Below are positions 53,772-64,000 of a DNA stretch of 64,000 nucleotides, in pieces. The stretch is from Balanoglossus misakiensis (taxonomy: Eukaryota; Animalia; Hemichordata). The stretch is taken from contig CM082590.2 of assembly GCA_040954595.2 (NCBI GenBank), positions 1,364,001 through 1,428,000 on the forward strand, written 5' to 3'. Each line of letters begins with the position of its first letter. Position 1 is the stretch's first letter. The notes under the pieces are model-generated. The model saw nothing but the letters and a program-made list of their open reading frames with translations, was not told where the DNA came from and made no database searches. Both the position numbers and the translations under genes were made by a program.

Positions 53772-53862
53772 TTTGCCCGGAGATTTGTCTATAGGGTTTC
53801 CCCAGACCCTCTTTCTGGAGTGCCCAACGGAAGAAGCAGGGGGGTCTGGGTAACCGAGACTA
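53772..53862. repeat. Short hairpin repeat ending GAGACTA; direct copy at 55429-55508
   Basis: GGGTTTCCCCAGACCCTCTTTCTGGAGTGCCCAACGGAAGAAGCAG...CTGGGTAACCGAGACTA at both loci. Confidence 0.8.
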
Positions 53863-54991
53863 GGCTGGGGTGCGTTCGACGTACGAAGCGTTCGGGAACG
53901 TTCGGAAACGTTTTCATGTCGAACGATCTCTTGTCATTGTTTTTCGCGAACGTTTTGTAACAATGGAAGGCGTAAGACGGAGGTGACTCGCAGCGAACAA
54001 CTCATTAATTCAAAATGGCGGACATGTAAGCAGAAGTACGACTCGCAGGGCATATTTTCGAAGAAGTTGCAGAATATTTGTCGTTTTAGGTAGTGATAGT
54101 TTTACCAAGCGAAAGATTGTATTTTTCCCCATCAATACACCAATTTACATGAATTGTGCCGCTACTGTCTTGTGTAAAACGGTTTAAAAGGGGTATGCAC
54201 TTCCGGAATCATGTCCTTGTATGCGCACCGGGACGTTCTTGCTTACGGCCGCTGTCTCTGAAAAGTCAAAGGTCATTGACGGCGCCCTCTTGTGAGAGGC
54301 AGGCTTATCGTTCGACGAAGTACAAAAGCGCCCGGCGCAAGCATTCACTACAGGTAGAAGTAGGTCTCTAGCAAGTCATTTGATCACAAAATAACTGACC
54401 AATCTCTCTTGTCTTATGCCATAGGAGAGATCGTGACGAACACCTGATTTGACATCATACAAATTATCATTCAGAAACTAAGGTTTGAGTTTGTTATAGC
54501 GTTGAATTTCTAAGTGAAAACATATTGTAAAATGTTAAATGGTAATGAGTGTCATGTATGTCTTTATTAAATAGTCTAATATTTCATGGTAATAATGTCA
54601 AGTCCATGACCAGCTGCAGCCGCTGTTATTCGATAAATCAATACCATGTAACTCCCCAGTTAAAATTTGTAAAAGAAAGATGCTGGTAGGTGCCGATATG
54701 CCATTATATCGAATAATGGGTGAGAAGTCGATAATACTGTAGAACTATAAAACTAGTTTGTTATATGTCAAGGTTGATTTCGGAAAATCCAAATGCCGTT
54801 TTGTTGGTAACGTCTGCATACAAATGCTTGTTGGTTGCTATGCTATAAAGCAAATTACCAAACCAGCATTGTTGAACTTTCAAATTGTAACTGTTCCGTT
54901 CCCATCCTCGAGTTTTTTTATTTATTTAAAACTTGTGATCTTTCTATCAATTAAAGCCCCGCGAGTTGCAACTTTATCATTGATTTTTATA

Positions 54992-55373
54992 GGAGAAAGT
55001 AATCATGGATGAAAATTTCAGAGCATGGTTTGATGATGACCTACCACGTGGGTGGAAAATACTCCTGCCATGTGGGTGGAAGCATGCTCCGATAGAAATT
55101 ATGGAATGTTTGGTTAAAGTAACTGGATTACAACTTGATATAGGTAAGTAAACTAATTTGAGTTGATGGCTGGGGAAAGTAATCATGGATGAAAATTTCA
55201 GAGCATGGTTTGATGATGACCTACCACGTGGGTGGAAAATACTCCTGCCATGTGGGTGGAAGCATGCTCCGATAGAAATTATGGAATGATTAATTTCCCC
55301 AGCCATCAACTCAAATTAGTTTACTTACCTATATCAAGTTGTAATCCACTTACTTTAACCAAACATTCCATAA
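54992..55373. repeat. Compound direct plus inverted duplication (A-B-A-B')
   Basis: A (54995-55108) recurs at 55175-55288. B (55099-55185) recurs as a reverse complement at 55287-55373. Confidence 0.9.
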
Positions 55374-56059
55374 TTTTGGAATATTAATCTCCCGTCATGC
55401 ATCGCAGCTGTCCCGATTCCGCCTGGCGATTTGTCTACCGGGTTTCCCCAGACCCTCTTTCTGGAGTGCCCAACGGAAGAAGCAGAGGGCCCTGGGTAAC
55501 CGAGACTACCCTGTTAAGTTCAAAAGTCATATGACGTAATTTGCGTCATCAGCGTAGCAACTCGGAGTCGTTCGATTGCAACGCGCGCGACTCGGGTCGC
55601 TACTCGGGTCGCAATCGAACTCGGCCTTTGCCTCTCAAGAGGGCGCCCTCAATGACCTTTGGCTTTTTTCAGAGACGCATAGGCAGTCACGATCTCGCAC
55701 TTGCCATACAACGTAGTACGTCGTATTTTCTGCGGGAGTAATTTTGGCAACATTACACCTATTTGTAATCGTTATATTTAATTATACAGGTAAATTTTGG
55801 GATTATACCTGAGGTCAACAAGAATTCTGAGGTCCGGGTTCTGAGGTTCTGAAACTTCAGAGGGCTCTGAGGGGCTCTGACTCAGACGGCTCTGAAAAGT
55901 CAACTCTACCAGTCGAGAAGTCAGTGGAAAACAGAATGAGTTTATTTCTGGTTCGCAACCATTTGACAAGTGCTGGTACGTATCTATTATGGCATTTGCT
56001 ACTGTTGAGTTCGGAAGATCATTGTTTACAATTAATAGGTAAATTAGTACAGCTTACTT

Positions 56060-56616
56060 GGGTTAGCCTAATTCAAGATATTCACGTTTCAAGTTTCACG
56101 TTCCACGGCCCAAGATTCAGCGGTGAACTTGGATTCACGATTCACTTCCAACACTAAACTTATATCCTGATTCAGATTCGAGTCTTGTCACGTCCTTTCG
56201 CCGTCTACATTGCATTCACTTGATTCAGAATATAGGAATTAGTCATTTTGCTTTAGTTATCGGTTGTAAAATATACCCGGACCCTAAACCTATCAATTAT
56301 ATCAGAATTACACTTGAAAGTATCTGTGAGTACCGAGATTGCCGGCCATGGTGCGATCTCAGGCCTAGGGTCTCCGACGACGACGTCACGCGATAATCGA
56401 ACAGAATATTTGGAGAACCTTGCTTGGGCGGGGATCGAGGACAATAAACAATCGTACGCACCCCTGGTTACGGCAGCATAAACATATTAGACAAGACTCG
56501 AATCTGAATCAGAATATAAGTTTAGTGTTGGAAGTGAATCGTGAATCCAAGTTCACTGCTCAATCTTGGGCCGTGGAACGTGAAACTGAAACGTGAATCT
56601 TGAATTAGGCTAACCC
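56060..56616. mobile_element. MITE with about 130-bp TIRs (possibly Mutator-like)
   Basis: GGGTTAGCCTAATTCAAGAT...GATTCGAGTCTTGTC with reverse complement 56490-56616. Flanks AGCTTACTT / AGCTTAATA form a degenerate 9-bp TSD. Confidence 0.8.
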
Positions 56617-57336
56617 AGCTTAATACTATGAGGTTATTACGAAAATACCGCAAAGTATGCACGAGGACATTAGCGCCAAGTATCGCCCGACGCGCAGCGG
56701 AGGGCGATGCGCTGCGCTAATGTCCGAGTGCATACTTTGCGGTATTTTCGTAATAACCTTATTATTATACATCTTGCATCTCCGTTAGTTCTTGTGTTGC
56801 ATGTTACTTGTGTAACATCCTCTGGCACGGATGTCGGAGGTGATACCGGATTAAACCACACATACAAGTTTACTTATTTTCACACTAGTCAGCCATCTTT
56901 AATAGACATCTCCCAGCATGCATTGTGTCACCAAGGCAACACATCATACATTATTCATGAGCTAGTTAGTACAGACATGACATCCCTTCTTTTCTCAAAC
57001 TTGAAGAGTGTTACTTTTTTTTTTCAAACAACAACAAGAACAAACTGATTCCGTAATACTGATACTGTTCAAGTGTTCATCATTGATCACAGAGTTCCAA
57101 CAATTTGTGATATCAACACATGTTCATATTGTCATTGTTCAAGACTTGCTCTCTGCAAATGTTTCTGCAATTCAGTGTTCAAATGAATGGAAACTTTTAA
57201 CTCTGAAATTTCAACAACTGGATAACAACTTTCAACAATTGAATAAGTGCAACTTCCAACACATGCACTGGATAAGGATAAGGCTAAGGTAAGGCTAAGG
57301 GCAGCGATCCGCCTACACCCTTTCCTTTTTGAAAAA

Positions 57337-60300
57337 CTACGTCATGACAAAATCATCATATTTCTTGGGCAGTGATGAAATACGCGTTGGCCTCGGAGAC
57401 CTTTCTGAATCGGTAGATTCCACTGGAATTTCAGGTATTTCAGTAGGTGTATCAACTGCCTCACAAGATGATTCCGCTCTTTCCACATATTTCTTCACAT
57501 GGGATGAATTCCTCTTGTACTGCACTCCCTCAGGTGATTCCACGACCACACTATTTCCAGCTTTCTCGACAACTTCATATGGTTCTTTGGCAAATGGCGT
57601 CGATAACTTGTTTTCTTTCTTCTGTCTGACTAACACCTTGTCACCTGGTAGCAAGTCAGATGACGTCGCTCGTCTTCTTCTATCTGCGTATATCTTGGCT
57701 CTAGCCTTCATCTCAGCATCACGATCTCTAACCCCATCAACTTCATGGCTTTCTCTCAAATCAGGTAGTTTAGTACGCAATTTTCTTCCGTACAGCAATT
57801 CCGCAGGACTGACTCCTGTTGTCGGATGTGGTGTCGATCTATATGCACGGAGATATGCTCTGATCTCACTCTTCCAGTCCTTTTGCTGTGCTTGTGCTAT
57901 CTGCATACGTTTGAGTAGAGATCGATTCTGACGCTCTACCTCACCGTTGGCTTGAGGCCATAGCGGAGTAATGGTACGGTGTTCAATTCCGTTCTTCGCT
58001 AAATATTCCGTGAAGCTTTCAGAGATGAACTGTGGCCCATTATCACTCGTAATTGATAACGGCAATCCATGAGTTGTGAAGATTCCCTCCAAACTCTCGA
58101 TCATCCGTTCAGTCGTCGTAGATTTCGTTATGCGGACTTCGTAGAAACGACTGAAGTAGTCAATGACAACTAGCACAAAGTCACCCGATGGCATCGGTCC
58201 CAAAAGGTCAATCGCCAGGTCCTGCCATGGTCCTTGTGGTAACATGGTGCTCTTGATTGGTTCAGGTGGGTCAGGTCGGCTCACTAGCTGACAGCCGTGA
58301 CAGCTTTTACAGAATTTCTCAGCTTGTCTATCAATTCCTGGCCACCAGACTTTGGTTCTCAATGTCTGTTTTGTTCCAACAATTCCCAAGTGTCCATCAT
58401 GGGCTAACGTCAGTACGCGCTGGCGAAGTTTCTGCGGTACAACGATTCTTGTCCCACGAAGTACAAGTTTTCCAATGGTACACAATTCACTGGACACTGT
58501 TAGGTATGGTTTACACTGAGCATCCTCCCACTGGCCAGACTGTATACAATGTCGTAGTGCAGCGAGTTCCTCATCATCGGCTGACGCTTGTTCAACTTCC
58601 TTTGTAGTCAGTGCGTTTGGCGTCGCGGATACTGCAACAAAGCGAACATAGTCCTCTGTTGATATGCGTGGTTGGGACGGTTCATGTCGTTCCCCTGAGA
58701 TGAGCCTCGAAAGTGGATCTGCAATATTCGCCTTTCCGGGTATGTACTTCACCTTGAAAGTGTAGGGCTGCAGTCTCAACACCCATCTCTCTATTCTGGC
58801 GCATGGTTTGGATTTGGCGGAGTAGATTACTTCAAGTGGTTTGTGGTCGGTGCATATTGTGAACTCGATCCCGTATAGGTAAGTATGGAACCGTTCACAC
58901 GCCCACACTATGCCTAATGCCTCTTTCTCAGTTTGTGAATAGCGGCGTTCAACATCGGTCAGGCTCTTGCTCGCGTAGCTTATCACTCTGTAGCCTCCCT
59001 GTTGCTTCTGGATCAGAACTGCCCCTAGTCCGACTGGGCTGGCATCTGTTATTATTTGTGTCTCCGCGTCTTTATCAAAATATCCAAGGGTTTCAGCACT
59101 TGCTAGTCTGCGCTTCAACTCATTGAATGCGGCTCTCTGTTGTTTGCCGAAGACAAACGGTTCTCCTTTCTTTGTCAACTGTCTCAACGGATCAGCTATC
59201 GTAGCAAAGTCAGGAATAAATCGTGCGTTGTAGTTTGCAAGTCCGAGAAAACTCTGAACTTCGGTTGCAGTTTCCGGTTCACGGGCTTCAACTATCGCCT
59301 TCACCTTACTTTCGGTTGGTCCTATACCGCGCTTGGACAGGAGTAAACCCATGAATTCCAACTGTGACATGTAGAACGCACATTTCGACTTGTTCAATGT
59401 CAGGTTTCGGTCTCTCAGTCTCTCCAGGACTTTCATCAGTCGTTGGTTGTGTTCCGCTTCATCTTTCGCGTGTATAAACAAATCATCCGATATGTTGGCA
59501 ACACCCTCGCAGCCTTGCAAGACCTGCTGTATTACATGTTGGTATATCTCTGGTGCTGCGTTTATCCCAAACATAAGACGTTTGTATCTGTACAACCCAC
59601 AGTGTGTGACGAATGTTGTGATGGTTCGTGCTTCAGGTTCAAGTTCAAGCTGATGGAATCCCCATTTCAGGTCGAGCTTGCTGAACACGGTACTTTGGTT
59701 AACATCTTGTAGAATTTCGTCCACTGTTGGTATTGGATGACGTTCGCGAATGATAGCTCGGTTCGCCTGTCTCATGTCTACACACAGACGGATTTCCCCA
59801 TTCGGCTTGGGTACCACGACAACAGGACTGACCCATGGCGTCGGGCCATCAACGGGTTCTATGATGTCCATGTCGATCAATTCATCAATTTTCGCTCTCA
59901 CCTTCTCGCGTTGGCTGAATGGCGTGCGTCGTACTGGCTGTGCCACTGGCGTCACGTCCGCATCAATGTGCAGCTTGAGCTGGTAGTCCTTCAGCTTTCC
60001 AACACCTTTGAAGACATCTGCATATTTTTCAAAGATTGCTGCTTCACTCTGGATAACATTGATGTTCGGCCCCAGCTGTAGTATACCAAGTTGAATAGCG
60101 GTTTCTTTACCTAGTAGTGGCTCTCCCTTGCCATCAATGACAAAGTATTCTGCTTTGACCTCTGTGTCGGCATATTTTGTCACTGCTGTGAAACTTCCCA
60201 TCATTTTTAGCGGTTCACTGGCTCCATACGCGTACAGCTTTTTCGTTGAGCCCTTTGTACTGTTTATGCATTTCAATTTCTTCTTTTTCAGTTCGCACCA

Positions 60301-61329
60301 CAGGTGTTTGTCTATCACGTTACTGCTGGCTCCCGAATCTATGACCATATTGATTGGAAGTCCACCAACTGCGATTTCGAATTTCTCCACACCCCACTGC
60401 TGTCGAACAGTAAACGCAAACTCGTCATCAGACTGTGTGTCCACGTGACTAACCGACTGTTTAGGTCTCCCTTTTCTGTTTCCTTTTGAAAAGTTGGTTT
60501 GGGAACCTTTTGGTCTGGGTGGTTTTGGATCTGATTTCGTTTTGCACTGGCTTGCAAAATGGTCTGGCTTACCGCACTTTGTACAGGTTTTTCCTCTGGC
60601 GGGACATTCAGGGTCTCTTCCATAGTGTCCTGCTCTGCCACACCGATAACAGTTACCACTGCCAGATGGTTTCAGTGTATTGGTTTCTCTACGAAATGGC
60701 TTTTTATCTGCACCATTCCCATATACACGGTTGACTGCTGAAGTGTTACTCTTGGCTGACATACCTTCGAGTTGTGTCTGGACAGCTTCATACGCAGAGG
60801 AGATTTCTAGCACGTCTTTCAATGTCAGTGCTTTCCCTTTCTCCAACAGTTTCCTGCGTAGCTCGGTTGATCGACAATTTTCAACAACCTGATCTCGTAT
60901 CTGTTTATCTGACTGGTCACCATAATCACAGTCTTTCACAGCTTGTCTCAGCCTGGTCACAAATTGGGCGACACTTTCGTTTTCATGCTGTTGCATCGCT
61001 CTGAACAGATGGTTCTGGAAGGTAGTGTTTACTTGCGTTTTGAAGTGGTTGCTGAGCGCCTGTTCTGCTTTTGCATAGTCTTTTACACCGCCCGTGTTCT
61101 CCAGTGTCTCAAAAATCGCCTGCACTTCCTCACCTGCTGAATGAAGAAGCAGCGCTCTTCTTTGTTGTTTGTTATCGTCCTTCTCTTCTTCAACTATCAG
61201 TCCTTTACTGTCCGCATACATGTCAAAACTTTTCAGCCATCGTTTCCAGCGTGTGCCAACGCTGTTCGGGTCGCCGGTTGGGTCAAATGTTTTGATGCCC
61301 GCTACGTCGCCAATATTGATTCCAGCCAT
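57337..61329 (-). CDS. Gag-Pol polyprotein (Gag with two Zn knuckles, protease, RT, RNase H, integrase), 1330 aa, single ORF
   Basis: CYRCGRAGH..C and CTKCGKPDHFASQC knuckles; protease DSGA; RT RLCVDMR..N / FSKLDL / RLMFG / ISDD; RNase H TDAS..GLGAVL, YSQTEKEAL, TDHKPL; integrase H-H-C-C, SDNGPQF, NGEVERQNR. Domain order PR-RT-RH-IN. Confidence 0.97.
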   Translation of the reverse strand: MAGINIGDVAGIKTFDPTGDPNSVGTRWKRWLKSFDMYADSKGLIVEEEKDDNKQQRRALLLHSAGEEVQAIFETLENTGGVKDYAKAEQALSNHFKTQVNTTFQNHLFRAMQQHENESVAQFVTRLRQAVKDCDYGDQSDKQIRDQVVENCRSTELRRKLLEKGKALTLKDVLEISSAYEAVQTQLEGMSAKSNTSAVNRVYGNGADKKPFRRETNTLKPSGSGNCYRCGRAGHYGRDPECPARGKTCTKCGKPDHFASQCKTKSDPKPPRPKGSQTNFSKGNRKGRPKQSVSHVDTQSDDEFAFTVRQQWGVEKFEIAVGGLPINMVIDSGASSNVIDKHLWCELKKKKLKCINSTKGSTKKLYAYGASEPLKMMGSFTAVTKYADTEVKAEYFVIDGKGEPLLGKETAIQLGILQLGPNINVIQSEAAIFEKYADVFKGVGKLKDYQLKLHIDADVTPVAQPVRRTPFSQREKVRAKIDELIDMDIIEPVDGPTPWVSPVVVVPKPNGEIRLCVDMRQANRAIIRERHPIPTVDEILQDVNQSTVFSKLDLKWGFHQLELEPEARTITTFVTHCGLYRYKRLMFGINAAPEIYQHVIQQVLQGCEGVANISDDLFIHAKDEAEHNQRLMKVLERLRDRNLTLNKSKCAFYMSQLEFMGLLLSKRGIGPTESKVKAIVEAREPETATEVQSFLGLANYNARFIPDFATIADPLRQLTKKGEPFVFGKQQRAAFNELKRRLASAETLGYFDKDAETQIITDASPVGLGAVLIQKQQGGYRVISYASKSLTDVERRYSQTEKEALGIVWACERFHTYLYGIEFTICTDHKPLEVIYSAKSKPCARIERWVLRLQPYTFKVKYIPGKANIADPLSRLISGERHEPSQPRISTEDYVRFVAVSATPNALTTKEVEQASADDEELAALRHCIQSGQWEDAQCKPYLTVSSELCTIGKLVLRGTRIVVPQKLRQRVLTLAHDGHLGIVGTKQTLRTKVWWPGIDRQAEKFCKSCHGCQLVSRPDPPEPIKSTMLPQGPWQDLAIDLLGPMPSGDFVLVVIDYFSRFYEVRITKSTTTERMIESLEGIFTTHGLPLSITSDNGPQFISESFTEYLAKNGIEHRTITPLWPQANGEVERQNRSLLKRMQIAQAQQKDWKSEIRAYLRAYRSTPHPTTGVSPAELLYGRKLRTKLPDLRESHEVDGVRDRDAEMKARAKIYADRRRRATSSDLLPGDKVLVRQKKENKLSTPFAKEPYEVVEKAGNSVVVESPEGVQYKRNSSHVKKYVERAESSCEAVDTPTEIPEIPVESTDSERSPRPTRISSLPKKYDDFVMT

Positions 61330-61369
61330 CGCAGAATCGTATCACGGCTTTGACGATGTTTAAAACTTT

Positions 61370-61382
61370 ATCCTCGTCGCCA
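61370..61382 (-). other. Primer-binding site TGGCGACGAGGAT
   Basis: Two bases inside the 5' LTR boundary. Complementary to ...AUCCUCGUCGCCA, which I recall as the 3' end of animal tRNA-Ser(GCU). Confidence 0.8.
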
Positions 61383-61865
61383 GTTGTAACATCCTCTGGC
61401 ACGGATGTCGGAGGTGATACCGGATTAAACCACACATACAAGTTTACTTATTTTCACACTAGTCAGCCATCTTTAATAGACATCTCCCAGCATGCATTGT
61501 GTCACCAAGGCAACACATCATACATTATTCATGAGCTAGTTAGTACAGACATGACAACTTGGCTTTCAAAACGCCAAAAATGCCGATACAATCGATTTAA
61601 AACCGCTCAGTTGACTCAGTGAGCAGCCATCTTTGTTTTTTGTTTACGTGTGCGCACGTGCGTTGGAGTGGGGGGCGCCTTGAAACCGTCCGCATAACAG
61701 TACATACCTGTACACGGTGAGTTGGGGCGCCTTGAAACCTAAAACTTATTTAACGCGCGTTCCGTACGTACCATTCCGTACGGCTTTTTATTGCACGCCA
61801 AAATCTATTGTTCTCGGCACTAGATGTATAATAATTTGATATATCCTGTGTGGAGGGACTAAAAC

Positions 61866-61973
61866 AATCTCACACTCCCAAGGATCTGGGATCGTACAAC
61901 GTATTTCTCAGACGAGTTGGGGACAAAATATCCCAGACGAGTATACGATCCCAGGTCCTTGGTGTGTGAGATT
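61866..61973. repeat. Hairpin repeat
   Basis: AATCTCACAC..CCAAGGA.CTGGGATCGTA / TACGATCCCAG.TCCTTGG..GTGTGAGATT. Confidence 0.75.
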
Positions 61974-62047
61974 CTATTTCTCACACGACCACAAATTTGC
62001 GATATTCACGTTTATTTCCAATCAAAGAACTAAATCAATAAAATACC

Positions 62048-62433
62048 TAGTCTGGTTCCCTGCCTCAATCCCACCGCTGGCTGCGCTACGCTATAGGGAA
62101 AGGGTCAGGCACGGCCTACTGTAAACATGGCTCTCATTGGTCAATACATACGAACATTAAGTTGTTAAGTTGATAAGTTGTTGTAAGATACTCATTTCCC
62201 GTTCTCTCCTTCACCTCCATGAATGTTTATCATTCGATTTCCAACTTTACAACAAACGAAACAAAATAAACTGCCTGGATGAATCTTGACTGGCGTACGG
62301 ACATTGGAGGCATCCACCTTGTTTATGATCACGTGGTCTTCCCAGGTTTCTGGGCATGAAATCGGGCCGTACCTGACCCTTTCCCTTTAGCGTAGCGCAG
62401 CCAGCGGTGGGATTGGGGCAGGGAACCAGACTA
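62048..62433. mobile_element. Non-autonomous AcademH-like MITE
   Basis: About 63-bp TIR TAGTCTGGTTCCCTGCC.CAATCCCACCGCTGGCTGCGCTACGCTA..GGGAAA.GGGTCAGG with reverse complement. Perfect 9-bp TSD TAAAATACC (62039-62047 / 62434-62442). Confidence 0.85.
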
Positions 62434-62759
62434 TAAAATACCCACTGATAACTGCATGACTGGTCATATATTGATCCGCCCCGCAAAACATAGTCCCCAT
62501 TTCATCAGGAGTTTACAGTACACACATGCTGCAAAAATGTGCTCAACACATAAAAATATGGAGATATGTTCCCAGTGGCCTAAATTCGTGGGATTACTGG
62601 AGTTTTTTGTGAGTCTGTCACCGACCACGTACACCACTGTCGTCTGCTCATGACCTGATCACATTGTAGTTCTGACTCGTGTACAACACGTCACACAATT
62701 GGATAATATTTGGTCGTTCTGAGGGGTACGAATGTCATGTTAGATAACAGTTGTCTCTG

Positions 62760-63771
62760 TGCGCATTAACACAGAGTCTGATCCCACACTCTCTATCCCA
62801 CACTCTCAGCGGCCAAGAGTGTGAGAAAGCACTGTATTGCATAAGCAGTTTTACAGTGTGGTTCATGATGCCTTGTTATTCCAGAATGTTCGGAAGTGTG
62901 CAAAAAGTATGATGAATTTGGCAGACTGTTGGAGGCATCACATAGACAAATAAGGCATCGATTTGAAGATGGTGGAGAATCCGTTGATGGTAAGTAAGCG
63001 TACAGTCTATTATATCACTCACAAGCTAGTATCTATCATATTTTTCTGGAATATTTAGTAGTAATTACGGTCGCCCGTATATGACAGCCAAAATCTCTAA
63101 TTAAGCGGACACAACTTTAATTTTGCTGGATGGAACTCTCTAATTGGTGGACACAACTCTAATTTTGTCAGACACCACCTTGAGTACCGGTACTTTTAAA
63201 AGATAGAAATTGTAAATTGCTGTCTGTGCACACTCACTTTTCTAAACAACCACAACACAACACTTGCGCATTAACACAGAGTCTGATCCCACACTCTCTA
63301 TCCCACACTCTCAGCGGCCAAGAGTGTGAGAAAGCACTGTATTGCATAAGCAGTTTTACAGTGTGGTTCATGATGCCTTGTTATTCCAGAATGTTCGGAA
63401 GTGTGCAAAAAGTATGATGAATTTGGCAGACTGTTGGAGGCATCACATAGACAAATAAGGCATCGATTTGAAGATGGTGGAGAATCCGTTGATGGTAAGT
63501 AAGCGTACAGTCTATTATATCACTCACAAGCTAGTATCTATCATATTTTTCTGGAATATTTAGTAGTAATTACGGTCGCCCGTATATGACAGCCAAAATC
63601 TCTAATTAAGCGGACACAACTTTAATTTTGCTGGATGGAACTCTCTAATTGGTGGACACAACTCTAATTTTGTCAGACACCACCTTGAGTACCGGTACTT
63701 TTAAAAGATAGAAATTGTAAATTGCTGTCTGTGCACACTCACTTTTCTAAACAACCACAACACAACACTTG
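62760..63771. repeat. Tandem duplication, 505-bp unit x2
   Basis: GCGCATTAACACAGAGTCTG starts at 62761 and 63266. No differences seen between units. Confidence 0.95.
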
Positions 63772-63899
63772 TTGAGGAAAAATCCCTGGAGTATACCTCA
63801 CATATCCAAGGACGGTTGAAGGTTAGATAGGATGGCAACCAACCACCTGAGACCACATCAATTTACTATTTGCCATGGAGCCCTACATTGGTATAGATG

Positions 63900-64000
63900 T
63901 TTTGGGGGACCCAAGCCCCCTGCAGGGGCTTGGGTCCCTATTGTAATTGCTGGGATTTTTCTTCTTTATTCATTTTTTTGCTCACCTAGATCTCAAAAAC
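63900..64000 (+). mobile_element. 5' end of another Helentron-like element (runs off the window)
   Basis: GGGACCCAAGCCCC..GGGGCTTGGGTCCC hairpin followed by ATTGCTGG..TTTTTCTTCTT, the same layout as 21420-21480. Confidence 0.6.

Larger units (their letters stand above)
56811..61556 (-). mobile_element. Full-length Ty3/Gypsy (Mag-like) LTR retrotransposon
   Basis: Two 172-bp LTRs (56811-56982, 61385-61556) with TG..CA ends and no visible differences. 5-bp TSD ACTTG. PBS at 61382-61370; polypurine tract next to the 3' LTR (56983-56996). Confidence 0.98.
56631..61835 (+). mobile_element. Hairpin-headed element (about 450 bp without the insert), split by the Gypsy insertion
   Basis: Hairpin 56631-56759. 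Perfect 14-bp IR ATTATTATACATCT (56761-56774) / AGATGTATAATAAT (61822-61835) brackets the retrotransposon. Confidence 0.65.

Noticed and set aside
57329-61363. Numerous plus-strand ORFs up to 200 aa
   Set aside because: Antisense shadows of the Gag-Pol ORF with no recognisable motifs.

Overview
Eukaryotic, repeat-rich animal genomic DNA; it looks like an invertebrate bilaterian, but the species cannot be determined from the sequence. One clear host gene is present: a 3-exon XK-related (XKR scramblase family) gene on the minus strand (39464->3724, 477 aa, splice phases verified by hand). Its two introns are packed with nested DNA transposons. Other main features are (i) a CpG-rich 49-bp satellite at 1-2652; (ii) an 11.1-kb decayed and apparently chimeric Academ transposon (8401-19533) carrying further nested elements; (iii) a 2.57-kb foldback palindrome (43083-45654) whose arms each carry a 63-bp minisatellite and an intact SAM-domain-like mini-ORF; (iv) an intact, very young Gypsy (Mag-like) LTR retrotransposon (56811-61556); (v) a recurring 'hairpin-headed' repeat architecture; (vi) many MITEs with readable TIRs/TSDs; and (vii) a 505-bp tandem duplication containing a symmetric exon-like segment. 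Most short ORFs in the supplied track are spurious. All calls are from reading the sequence by eye; no database searches were run, and repeat boundaries may be off by a few bases.
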